A DNA stretch of 64,000 nt from Patellaria atrata CBS 101060 (lineage: Eukaryota): NCBI GenBank assembly GCA_010093705.1, contig MU006097.1, forward strand, positions 906,715 to 970,714. Reading direction: 5' to 3'. Positions 11,112 to 22,435 of this stretch are shown here, in pieces. Made by a program: the position numbers and the translations under genes. The notes under the pieces were generated by a model. It worked only from the letters and a program-made list of their open reading frames with translations. It was not told where the DNA came from and searched no databases. Each line of letters starts with the position of its first letter. Within the stretch, counting starts at the first letter, position 1.

Positions 11112-12911
11112 GTCTATGGATAAGAGCGATATGGAAGTGATGATGAAGTTTGTCCCAATAAAGCAATAGCGAGATCGAAATGCGGGGAGAAGTGTTGCTT
11201 TACGGCGGTTGTCGGAAGGTAAGCGAAAAGAAATATTTCGTAAGCCTCCAACGTATATTCAAACAGGTCAATCAATAGCAATGAGATATTGGAAGAAAAA
11301 TCGAGGGCAGCGATGGCCGGACGCGTATTGATATAGCCAAAACGGTTGTGAGGCGAATGCTGAATGATGCACTCCAGAAGTTGATGATCGCAAATGATCT
11401 TCGAGGCGCAAGCGAGAGGAAGGTCGAGGAGGAGGCCGCAGAAGTAGTCAAAAAAAGGATTTCGACGTGGGGAGGCAGGTGACAAGGGTTACTTGAGGAC
11501 GCAGGGGAAACTCAGCAGGCAACGAGTCAAAGAAAAGAGCCAAAGGGAAGGAGAAAGGGAAGAGAAGACACGGAAGAGGCCTATCCCAGACGCCACCCAG
11601 AGGAAAGATTGATGATAATTTGATGAGTAGGAGGAAAAAAAGGGAAGTGAGAAGAGAGAAAAGAAGAGGAGGGGAGGATAATTGTGAGGAGCAAGACGAG
11701 GGAATAAGATTAAGTTTAGCTGATCCCGTTTGAGGGCGCCAGCAGAAAAGCGGCGAGACTAAGGTAGGGAAAAGCTTGGGTGCTTAGGTTGGGTGCTGCC
11801 GGGCCCTGGTGGGTAGTGGAGGTGGGTAACAAACGTTTCTGTGTTTCCTGCGTTTCGCTTCGTTTCCTTTTGTGCGGTAGGTTCCCGTATAAAAGGCCTT
11901 AAAGCTTTTGTTAACAAGTTTAAGTGTATAAGCACGATGGGGTTATTGGGAGGTGAAGGGTTCAAGGTTGTAAAGGGAGACGAGACGGAAGTGCAGCTTA
12001 GCTGACCGACTACACTAGAACTACTGGGTGGAAGCCGTATGGCCACGATACGGGGAAAAGTTTGGGATAACAACGTGCGAGGAGCGAGAAGCGGCAGCAA
12101 CTAAAAGGCAGTTCTAAGCAAGCAGTCAGGGCACGGCAAGGCAAATTATTAAAAGATTGGTGGTGAGTTAACCGGTTGAAGCAGAGTGCATGAAGAGTTG
12201 TAGATTACTACGTGTACTAGGCTGATTATCTGTCATTAGTGCCCGTTTTCTTGCCTCTGAAAACAAGGGGATAAAGAGGTGAGCTACAGAGCTAGAAGCA
12301 TTCTGCTGTTTCTCGTGAACCAGGCACATGTTTGAGAAGCAATCTAAAGCCGCCGTGACAAGCGTGAAGATGCAGCCAAAAAGAAGCACCTTCAAGGGAG
12401 TTCTGTATGCCCGCCCATTCCCGGCTCAAATCAACCATGGGCCAGGACTGGATATGATAAGGTAGGGCATTGATAAAAATTCGTGAGAACATCCTTTGGT
12501 CGAGAATGATAATGGAATTGACCGCTACCAATTCGACATTCATCTTCCTCTAAGGTCAATTTGGACTAGACCGCAATGAGGGCAATTTACCTTAACCTTT
12601 TTCAGACATTAACGGGCACTAGCGAAGACCTCACTTCTAGTCACATGGAAGTTAAAGGCATGATAGCACAGAAAGCTAAATGACATAGAAAGCTACAGCG
12701 TTATACTTGTGACGCTCGTACACAGGCAGAGCATGTAGCATTGAGATCGTGACTCGCTTGGACCTGTAAGGTACTTTGTAGCTCTACTTCCCCAATTAAC
12801 AAGAAACCATCTTCTTACCACTTTTCCTTGAACATACCTTGCATATCACCAACTCCAGGTAGCGCATTGGACATCCGATACTCCTGTCACAGTGAGAAGC
12901 ATCATATCACC

Positions 12912-14502
12912 ATGCCTCCAAAGCAGCAACCTCAAAGCCACACTGCCCAGCAAGTTCAACAGGCTCAACAGGCTCAACATGCTCAACATGCTCAGAAAGC
13001 AGCTCAAGTTCAAGCTCAAGCTCAGGTCAAAGCTCATGCGCAATCCCAATCGCATGTTCAAGCGCAGGCACAGACACAGACGCAAACACCTCTCCACCAT
13101 ATCGATCATCTGCAAGCCATGTTGAACGCAGTGGTAAGTCGCTGTCACCCTGTAACAACGAGGTGGGATGTGCTTTCCCAAACTGCTCTCTGACGCTATC
13201 TTCATTGGGAAACATATCCTCTCACTCAATGAAGAAGCGACCTCACTCTGTCGGGTCCCTACTTCCCATTGTAGCTTCAATGCCTTCCAAATCAAGGTAC
13301 CCTAGTCTCCATACACTTGCTTTACTAACATTCTCCCCGCAGTTCATCGAAACCGGTCGACTCTTTGCGGATCCGTCCAAGCTCACCCCTCATGCCATCG
13401 AACTCACAGCCGCGAAGTTGCATAAGACCTTCCCCGCCATGGCCGCCCGCTTCCACGATCATCTCGACGAGCTGGAACAGGAAGTCGTACGTCATCCTCT
13501 TCAACCCCTTCGCCAGTCTCGGCCTCCGTTGAGATTGAAATAATCAATCGAGAACTATTCTCAATCGAACGCATATATACCCATCAGTGTCAATCTTGAA
13601 TCCCCACCGCTAACTGTATGCATTATCAGGTTCGAGCAAAAGCGGTTATCCGCCGGGACCTTGCAGTTCTCCAAGCCGACCGCCTCGCACGAGAGCAAGC
13701 CGCAGAAGCCGAACGTAGGCGCGCCGCAGAGGCCTCCATCGCCGCAAAAGCCGCTCCTCCAAAAGCAGTCGAGCCCCCCAAACCAGTCGCGGAAGATGCA
13801 GACGTCGATATGGCAGACGTTGCCGGTCCGGCTTCAGAGAACAACATATCTCAACCTCAATCCACGGACGGCATGAAACAGCCTCCGAACCCTTCGCGCC
13901 CTCAACCCCTCCAGATCAACCCCGCCGCTCCCGTACCGCCGCAGACGGAATCGATACCGCAGTCGTCGACGAACTCGCTGTTCGGGAACACGCCCACGAC
14001 GGCGAGCGGCGTGAAGCCCGACTTCGACTTCGACAGCATGTTCGAGGACCACGACGAGCCCGGCTCGAAGGACCCCGGCCCCAACCGCAACGACGACGAC
14101 GACGACACCACGAACGCAGACAACACCACCCAACAGGACGCCTTCGACCTCGACCTCGGCCTCAACTTCCCCACCAACAACGACTCCGCCGACGCGAACC
14201 CGCACGACAGTACCGTCTCCTCGCTTCTCCCCGGCCTGGAGAGCTACGCCAACCAAGGCATCGAAGACACGAACATGGATTTCAACAATATCTTCGACAC
14301 CCTGGAAGCCGGGGACCGCGAGTCCCGAGACCAGGCGCAAACTCGGCCTTCGGATCCGAGTCACGGAGGAGGTGACGGTATCCAGCAGCCGGATACCGCC
14401 GGCTACGATCCGGAATCCGCCTTCGACGACCTTTTCAGCTTTGGCGGCGGCGACGAGGGTACCGAGTTCGACGACGCGTTTTTCGGAATTGGGGGGAATT
14501 GA
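12912..14502 (+). CDS. Conserved fungal protein with Q-rich N-terminus, helical/coiled-coil core and acidic-aromatic tail; possibly Mediator tail subunit Med2-like; exons 12912-13133, 13343-13486, 13630-14502
   Basis: Two phase-0 GT-AG introns with CTAAC branch points join QAMLNAV|FIETGRLF...FHDHLDELEQEV|VRAKAVIRRDLAVL. Tail FDDLFSFGGGDEGTEFDDAFFGIG. The gene model is well supported; the Med2 identity is inference. Confidence 0.75.
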
Positions 14503-15048
14503 GAAAAAAAAAAAGGGGGGGGGGCGTAGTATACGTGATGTACACTCGATATTTATATTGTACTACTGTTTTTGTACATAGCTCAAAGGGCGCCGGGAAG
14601 CTGGAATGGAAGTTCCGAGTTGCGGGTGATCGCTGTATATCTCGAGACCGTACCGGCTCGGCGTTAGCCTGTACGAGTTTATCGTAAGGCACCGGATGGA
14701 TATGTGCTGGGATGTAGAAGGCCGTGAATGCAACACGGCGGCGAGTAGACTGAGGACGAAGAGAAGGGGGTAAGGGGTAAGACTACTGTATTTACGGTGA
14801 GGTCATCATCGGGGGCATTAGACCTATATGGAGATCGTCCATGAGGGCACCACATAGAATCTTTATTGCTGAATTACAGGTAGCATATCACTCTAATCGA
14901 TACAAAAAGTCAAAACCCCCATCTAATGAAAAAATTTTTGATTATATTATGTCCCGAACATTGTAAAAAGGCCCTCCTATGGTCCTTCAAGCATACCGAT
15001 GCGAGTGTGTGGTGATACTGTACGATAATCGAGCCTCATGAGTCCACC

Positions 15049-15088
15049 TTCATCCCAGTCTTTCGCCATTCATCCCAGTCTTTCGCCA
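15049..15088 (+). repeat. Exact 20-bp tandem duplication (ttcatcccagtctttcgcca x2)
   Basis: Read directly; lies in the 3' region of the F-box-like gene. Confidence 0.9.
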
Positions 15089-15206
15089 ATCCTCCAGTAT
15101 AAACATAATATCAGCCATTAGCGGGTACCGTGAAATCATAAAGTCCGAAAGAATACTCTTTCTCCTCAAACAACCACTCCCATGTTCTGCACTCGCCCAT
15201 TCAACC

Positions 15207-16796
15207 TTACCGCCCTCTTGTTTTTGACCCACACTCTTTCATCATCCCCTCTTGCCTCTCACACGCTCCTTCTCTACTCTTCCCCCCTTCCATCATCCCC
15301 TCCACCCAATTTCCCACCCACTCCCCCACCGACTCTTCTCCTTCATTCCCCAGCCCTACGAGCTCCACCTTCTCCCACCCCTTCAGACTCGCAATCGGAT
15401 TGCCCTCGAACCATCTCCTCAGGCGCGCCTTAACCGTCCTCTTCGGGCCCTTCACCACATCGCTCAGATCCAACCTCAACACCTTCAACCCCAGCTCACC
15501 CCTCCCCATCGCCGTAGCCCAGATGCTCGCCAGACGCAGACTGACCCTATCCGCGCTGCCCCCCTTATCCGCGGCGGGTTTCGGAGGTTTGAGGTGAATT
15601 ACGGGTATCCGGGTGAGCGTGTGTCTGGAGATGAAGTCCTCGAGTTCGAGATGGAGGTGCGGACCTTCGTGGTAGAGGTTATGTGTACTCTTGTTGTCAC
15701 CATGTGTACGGATGAAGTTCTCGAGACGAAGGGGTTTGTTCCTTAGCACATCCAGGGCTTCGGATGTTATCTTCCTGTTGAGAAGTAGGACGTTCGGGTT
15801 GCGTTTTGAAGGGCACTTGGGCTCATACTCGCCGGAACGGACGTCGTAAGCTACGTGCTCTTGAATCTGGGCGACGGCATCATTCCAGTCGAGGGAGTAG
15901 CCATAGATCTTCTTTCTTATGGAGAATGGGAGGTCGAGGAATCGTTTCGCGGGTCCCTCCATGACCTCTTTTAGATCGCTGAAGTGGGCAGCGGGTAAAC
16001 CTTCGAGGACGACCTCCTTGACTTCCCGAAGGCGGCGAAAGGGCGAGAAGAGATTTCGGAGCGACTCTGCGACGTGGCAGTCCGTCATGTCACCGTTGTG
16101 CTCCGCCTCGAGATGTGGAGCAAAAGAGGAGTCGTAAAAGGAGATCGTCAAGCGTTTTAGATTATGTTGCCCAAGCAGGATATCCACCAAGTTTGAGATA
16201 AAGCGTCGATGGTGGTGAATCCAGTGAAGAAAGCTCTCGTCATCGGCACATGAACCCGATAAGGAGATTCGGTTCAGGTTACGTATAAGGGCCGGACTTA
16301 TGAGACTCTCAACTTGATGGCAACAAAACAGCTGTGAGATTTCCAACGGCTGCTGGTACAATACATGGCTTGCCTCTGCGAATATCTGGCGGTTTACCAA
16401 CAGGATACCGGGCGTTGACATTTTGAGGCTTGGCTTATATCGATCCTCATAGACCATTGCGGAGAAATCACTGAGATAGCGAGTGACGCCGTTGAAGTTG
16501 AGTGCGTGTTCGTAAATCATGATTCGGAGCTCCGCACTCAATGAAAGGAAGGGAAATGTTGTGCGAACTGCATTTGCTTTGCCTCGAGTGGTGACATTAG
16601 AGCAGCCATATGAGCTCAAGGAGCCTTTTATTGGGCCAATCCTATCACTTCTCCTTCGTCCTTGCATACTGTCGATGCGTGGAGATGTTACAGAACTTAA
16701 CCTGCGGAGATCTGGATGGACTACTCTGGCTAGTTGGAAGGCGAGTTCTGCTGATGATTCTTCAGGCTCTGTATTGTTGAAAAAAGAGCTCGACAT
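15207..16796 (-). CDS. Hypothetical protein with two tandem fungal F-box-like (2EXR/DUF7730-type) modules
   Basis: Single-exon ORF from ATG 16796. Module 1: FPFLSLSAELRIMIYEHAL...ILLVNRQIFAEASHVLY. Module 2: RFLDLPFSIRKKIYGYSL...VLLLNRKITSEALDVL. Confidence 0.8.
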   Translation of the reverse strand: MSSSFFNNTEPEESSAELAFQLARVVHPDLRRLSSVTSPRIDSMQGRRRSDRIGPIKGSLSSYGCSNVTTRGKANAVRTTFPFLSLSAELRIMIYEHALNFNGVTRYLSDFSAMVYEDRYKPSLKMSTPGILLVNRQIFAEASHVLYQQPLEISQLFCCHQVESLISPALIRNLNRISLSGSCADDESFLHWIHHHRRFISNLVDILLGQHNLKRLTISFYDSSFAPHLEAEHNGDMTDCHVAESLRNLFSPFRRLREVKEVVLEGLPAAHFSDLKEVMEGPAKRFLDLPFSIRKKIYGYSLDWNDAVAQIQEHVAYDVRSGEYEPKCPSKRNPNVLLLNRKITSEALDVLRNKPLRLENFIRTHGDNKSTHNLYHEGPHLHLELEDFISRHTLTRIPVIHLKPPKPAADKGGSADRVSLRLASIWATAMGRGELGLKVLRLDLSDVVKGPKRTVKARLRRWFEGNPIASLKGWEKVELVGLGNEGEESVGEWVGNWVEGMMEGGKSREGACERQEGMMKECGSKTRGR

Positions 16797-17042
16797 GCTC
16801 AAGCAGCGTGAATAGAGCAAGAGGAGGTAAGCAGAGCCCAGTGGAGCTTAAGCAAGTGAATGTTGATCTAGATGATTAGGCTGCAACCTAATAAACATGT
16901 TACAGTCTATCAGTAGATATAGAGGTGGTGAGAGAAAAGTAATCTCGATGATCAAAGTAAAGGTTTCATTGAAGTTGCAATTGATAACATGTAGGTTGAA
17001 TCTCATCGGAGATTTTATGGGACTAAGGTAGAACTACGGGGG

Positions 17043-17083
17043 ACGTTAAGAACGTTAAGAACGTTAAGAACGTTAAGAACGTT
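17043..17083 (+). repeat. 9-bp minisatellite (ACGTTAAGA) x4.5
   Basis: Perfect tandem copies about 250 bp upstream of the F-box-like gene start. Confidence 0.95.
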
Positions 17084-17520
17084 GGACCCCGAAATTTATC
17101 AATAAGGTAGGTAAGTTAATGTCACTCGTAAGTAATAAGTGATGCCTTCCGAATTAGGTTAAAGGCACACGATCACAGCAACCTGGGAATCGGGACACAA
17201 ATTTCAATAGTACATTACATACAGATTCTGTTCTACCGTCAATCAGTACCTTACGGTAAGGTATAACCTTCATCTGGTTTCTAAACAGACCAGATATCTT
17301 AGTTTCATCAGTCATCTGTGGACTTTTTGGGCCCCTGACTATAAAACACAGAATTCTCTGGCCGTTAAACTCGACACGTAAAGCCCAGATATTTCCAACA
17401 AACACTCCTTCTCCCGTCGAGTCACCCAAGCAGGCAAACAAACCCGTATAATCGTACAGAAACTCCCCGCAATGCAATGATATACAGAACGCTCACAATC
17501 ATCAAATACTCATGCAATCA

Positions 17521-20500
17521 TTAAGCTGCCCGTTCCGTCCCCTGTTCCTCCGTTGGTTGAACGATGTCACTATCGCCAAATATTCCCTGGGCATCCCACA
17601 TTGCCGCTGTCGACGTATCCGGATCCTCATACAGTGAAAACATGTTTACCGGAGGCGAACTAGGCATTGGAATATCCGTGCTGAAGAAGTTATCGCTGCT
17701 AAGATCATCTAAATTGAGTAAAGTGGACGTTCTACCCGGTGTGTCGAAGTTGGGTAACATGGAAAAATCAAACAGTTTCGACGGTGAGCTGTTGACTCCG
17801 TCTGAAAGAAATTGCTGTAGTTGCATCGTAAACGGTGTCATTGGCGCCATGAGCTGCCCGGTCCTAGAAGTCCTTGTCGGTGTCTCCAACAGATTGATCT
17901 CTGCTTCGTTCGTGCCGGAGCCATATCCGCGACTTGGCGTCAAAATGCCCCTCCTCGACCTGGACGTCGTCGGCGTCTGCAACAAATCCTTGAAAGAGTG
18001 AGTAGATTTTGGAGTGGTATGAGGCGATCTGCTCTCCATTTCTTCAAATAAGTGAGCGAGGCCATCATCATCCCCTTGTGGTGGCTGATTCTCCTTGTCG
18101 GTCGTGTCTATATCGTTGAACTCTATACTTGTAACTGCTTCGACAGTAATTTCAGTCGGTTCAACCGAACTCTGAAGCTTCGAGGGATTGGGCCCATCCT
18201 CGAGTGACTTCACCTGGCCCTCCTTCCTTGGTGAAGGAAAAAGTAACCGTCTTGTCGGTCTCGGTGTAAGATCAGGCTCTATCTCAATAGGGCTGTCCTG
18301 AGATCCTAGAAACTTTGCTGGACTAGACTGGATGGCGCGCCTTAACGCAGCTTCTGCTTTTGGATCGTCCCAAGTATTCTTCGGCAAATTCCCGCTGGAT
18401 AATGGCTCCATACTGACAGCCCTTGGCCTCTTTCCAGATACCCTAATCTCCGGCACTTCGCCCCTTTCTTCCTCTATCCCGTCCACTTTTTCAATTGCGT
18501 CCGGGGGAAATGGCGCATCGGTAAAAACCATGTCAGAAAGCTCACCACCCAGTCCAGATTGTTGTGTCATGGCAGTATCCCCTGATTTCTTCTTCTTACT
18601 GCGTTTCTTTTTTGGCTTATCCGCTGTATGTGAACTGTCTTCCGCGGCGACTTGGGGCCAGAATTGTGGAGGACGCATGAACTTCTTCTTTTCCAGCCAA
18701 AGTCCACATGCTGAAACATATTAGTCGCTAAAGTTGGCTAAGACAAACAAATTCCTTGCAGATACTTACGGTTACAAAGTATGAGTTGATCAAAGACCTT
18801 GTTCTTCTTTTCCTCCGAAGTCGCGTTCTTCCTATACACCCTACATTGAGTTACAGGTTCACCTTCGTTCCATATTGGCTCGGTGCATATGTATGTAGAA
18901 TCATCTGGTGTAATTTGCTTTTGCATCTCCTCTGGTGTCATATCATACGTCTTGATCCATGCTTTTCTCCAAGTAGGTGTGCGAATAACACCACAATGAT
19001 GACAGAACGTTGGCATTTCACCTGCAGCAATCGCTTGCTGACATCTTTCATCAATTACCTTTTTACGTCTTGCACCTGATCCACTACGAACCTTAGGGCT
19101 TCCCGGGGCTACATCGTCGCCATCAGGTCCATCCGGAGGTGGAGGCGCTCCATCACCACCAGACCACGTTTGCGACCGTGAAAAATCCAATCCTTTCTTA
19201 GCAGCCGGTTTTGAAGGAACTGGAGTAGATGATCGTGAAGGCGCAGCTGAAGTCGTTCCCTTAGGTGGAATCGGTGGGAATGTCAGACCGTTCGTAATTG
19301 TAACCTCAGTTCCTGTTTGTTGAAGAATCGCAGGATCAATATTTGAGATATCAAGGGATATGTTCCCACTAGTGTTATCGACGGCCTCGGTCTCTCTAGC
19401 TTGCGTATTCAATGATTCGGGTACAGGAACAGTTGGGACAGATGAAACTGCCGCTACAGACGCAGGGATTGGTACGGGCGATGATGGAGTAGGTAATGAT
19501 ACAGATGCAACTCCTGCTTGTGCTATACTTTGCCCTGCAACAGAGCCATTACGAGATTTACGGTAATGAGCCTTTGCGGGTCTTGGAAGTATTGATGTAG
19601 GTAATAGATCAGGATCACCAGGTTGAACTTCCATCCATATTGGTTCGGACTTTGGCTCAGAAACCCGAGGCTTTTTGGTAGATTTTCTCGACTTCTTTTG
19701 TGTACCCTTTTGCGGCTCAACCTGGTAACTTGTATCGCTCATGAAACCAGAATCTGTCATATAGGGTAAAGTAGGGAGCACAGGACTTGAAGGTGCGGGC
19801 GAATAATATTCGTTGGTAAAAACTGGAGGTGAGGAGGGGAAATCAACTGGGCTGGCATCTTCCTCCGGAGATTCTACAGCAGATTCTGGGGCTACAGACG
19901 GCCTGGGAGAGGCTTGCGGATTATAAGGGGAAAGGTATTCCAGTGTACGTAGTGTGGCAGTATCCGCTGTAGATTCACGTCTAAGAGAGCTTGCAGGCCT
20001 TAGGGGACCACGTGCTTGAGGAAGACTTCCACTCTCGGGGCGAGGAGTCGGGGCTCGTGGAGGGACTTCGAGCGGATTTGCGTTACCAGCTCCGGGATTG
20101 ATGGGCGTTGGCCGATGCATACGGATAGATGCAGCGGCACTAGCAGTAACCCTCAGTGACTCATTCTTCGCACCGAATGAGGATCGACCCCGCCATTCTG
20201 CTTTCTCAACTTTTGCCCTCTTCCTAGCAGGTCCATCTTCGCCACCCCCATCTTGCATGGAATCATACCTGCCATCAAAAGATCCAAATGAACCATGTCG
20301 GATGAAAGATTGTTGGTCACCTGTGACCGATGAACGAGAGCCGGGTCGCTGATTGCCATCCTGAGTGACGTGCTGCAGCATAGCAGAGGCGCGAAGACTT
20401 GGTGTCGGACTTCCAGATCGACTGGGTTGTGTGCTATGCGACATTGGTCCCATGATCTGGTCTTCCATACCCGGTTTAGATGAGTCAAAGTTATCGCCGG

Positions 20501-21260
20501 GATTGGCTGATGCCAAGCCCTGGGTTAGGAGCTGGTGGAGGGATTCGTGGCCACCCACACTATTTGCCCTCGGCTCAATGTTTGGGGGATTTTGTAGATG
20601 TTGTGCAGCCATCATACTCGCAGCTGTAGGATTCTCTTTGATGAAGGCTAGCCAAGTCGCTGGATCCATCCCAGGAGGTACACTTTTGCTAATAGTACGA
20701 TATCTGTCCATGGTCTCCAAGAATTCGTTCTGCATGGAGTTTGGGACGGGTACTAATTTCAGCTTCACTTCGAGAGTTTCCTTAATGCCATTTGAGAACA
20801 ACCCCAGAATGTTCTTGCACACCCTTCCTGTTATCATTGTTTTTGAAACAAGCGCTGGAGCAGATGGTGTGGTGGACGCAGCAGCCAGTACAGACGAGAG
20901 CATACCTTGCCCGACGAGAGGCGTTTCATATTCTGAGTAGTCGTATGCGTAAACGGTGAAGTCATGGCCGAGTTTGGACACCAGCTCGGGACTGGCGGCA
21001 ACGATAGCTTGAATGCAGGTCCTCAGCTCGATGATACCAATCTGGGTGCCCTCGTCAATAGCAATGGTTGGGATATTCATAGTATTAGGCAGACGTGCCA
21101 AACAGTTTGTCTTGTTTTGATCATCGAAGGTATATAAAACCTTTACTCGCATCTGCCGTCGAGGTATGTCCGCATCCAAGGTATCTGGATCATCCAAGTC
21201 CGCAGGTCCAGAGGGCGGCTGAGGGGAGCCATAGTCCCCAGATGTAGGAACTGAATACAT
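17521..21260 (-). CDS. AMS2: Ams2/Spt21-family GATA-type transcription factor; exons 21260-18770, 18710-17521
   Basis: N-terminal Ams2/SPT21 domain MRVKVLYTFDDQNKTNCLAR...DFTVYAYDYSEYETPLVGQGML. The GATA-like finger FCHHCGVIRTPTWRK...LCNPCGLW is completed by removing intron 18769-18711. Confidence 0.88.
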
Positions 21261-21455
21261 GGTAATGTTGTCAGTATCATAAAGTTATTAGCAGATTGGT
21301 GAGAAAAAGTTGGAGTAACAATCTCTCAAGCAAAGGACGCGGATCGTGCTCGGGTGGTTGGGATGGACATAGCTAAATAGCGTGTAACGGAGGAAATTGT
21401 AGATCGAAAAGCGTGGCTTAGACTAATGTAGGAGCCTAAGATAAGGAGTCATAAG

Positions 21456-21575
21456 CACACGCGTGTGGAAACGTGAATTGAAGGCGAAAGAGTTACGAGG
21501 GCGTGGTGAGGAAGAGGAAGTTGTTGGTGTATGCTTTGATCTACGTTCAAGCTTGGTTGACCTTTCGACGCGCGA
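21456..21575. promoter_or_regulatory. MCB-like elements in the AMS2/SMD2 divergent promoter
   Basis: ACGCGT at 21459-21464 inside the palindrome CACACGCGTGTG, and ACGCGCGA at 21568-21575. ams2 is an MBF target in fission yeast. Confidence 0.45.
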
Positions 21576-21701
21576 TGTACACTGCACCTTTAGCGCTACC
21601 AGCCCGCCGTACAACTAGCGCTCCCTAGTCCAACCGATATTTCCACTACATATCATACATGTGCCATTCCATTTCTTCCCATCATTCACAGACCCGTGAC
21701 A

Positions 21702-22268
21702 ATGTCGGACGCAAAGATTCAGTAAGTATTGAACTCCTTCTCGCGAGTTTATAATGCTGACAATTTTTCATAGAGAGCTTCTGGCAAAACCTCGCAACGA
21801 GTTAACGTACGTCCCAAGGCCCCAGTACCCTTCTCTCAGTTTTCTTCGAGCAAATGCTATTGAGTCCCTCTTCCAAAGCGACCCACTCTAACTTCAGATT
21901 TAGGGAATACGAGATTGGCCAGCTTGAGGAATATGAGTTTACCTCCGGTCCTCTTTCCATCCTCCAGACCGCGGTGCGCTCCCACACTCAGGTCCTCATA
22001 TCATGTCGCAACAACCGTAAGTTGCTAGCACGCGTGAAAGCATTCGATAGGCACTGTAACATGGTCCTCGAGAATGTGAAAGAAATGTGGACGGAGACAC
22101 CTCGTAAGGCAGATGGGAAAGCGGGGCGGCCAGTGAACAAGGATCGCTTCATCAGCAAGATGTGAGTCATTCTCAATTCCGTCTTGAGGTTCAGAAATAT
22201 AACTAATGCGCTGTGTGTTATACAGGTTTCTAAGAGGCGATTCCGTCATTCTTGTTCTTCTCAGTTGA
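21702..22268 (+). CDS. SMD2: snRNP core protein Sm D2; exons 21702-21721, 21774-21806, 21904-22161, 22226-22268
   Basis: [36 protein letters not shown]...[34 protein letters not shown]...[20 protein letters not shown]. Confidence 0.97.
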
Positions 22269-22435
22269 TTGGCCCGAATTTACTTTTATCAGATCATCGC
22301 AAAAGGGGGGCGTGCCTTAGGGCTTGCTTAACTAGGGACGTGGGTGCCTGGAGTTGAAAATCGACTATTCATTAGGAATGATTACTGCCGCAAGGATCTC
22401 GAAAAAAATCAATCCCGCAAACAGATCCCACGAGT

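Noticed and set aside
13134..13342. H/ACA snoRNA or TPP riboswitch reading of the structured intron
   Set aside because: No ANANNA H box between the hairpins, the ACA is too far from the putative pocket, and TPP aptamer core motifs are absent. Kept only as a generic structure.
14504..14524. A-run followed by G-run just after the 14502 stop
   Set aside because: Simple homopolymers, common in the UTRs of this window; no TSD or retro-insertion evidence.
17043..17083. CRISPR-like array
   Set aside because: Head-to-tail 9-mers without spacers in a eukaryotic genome: a minisatellite.
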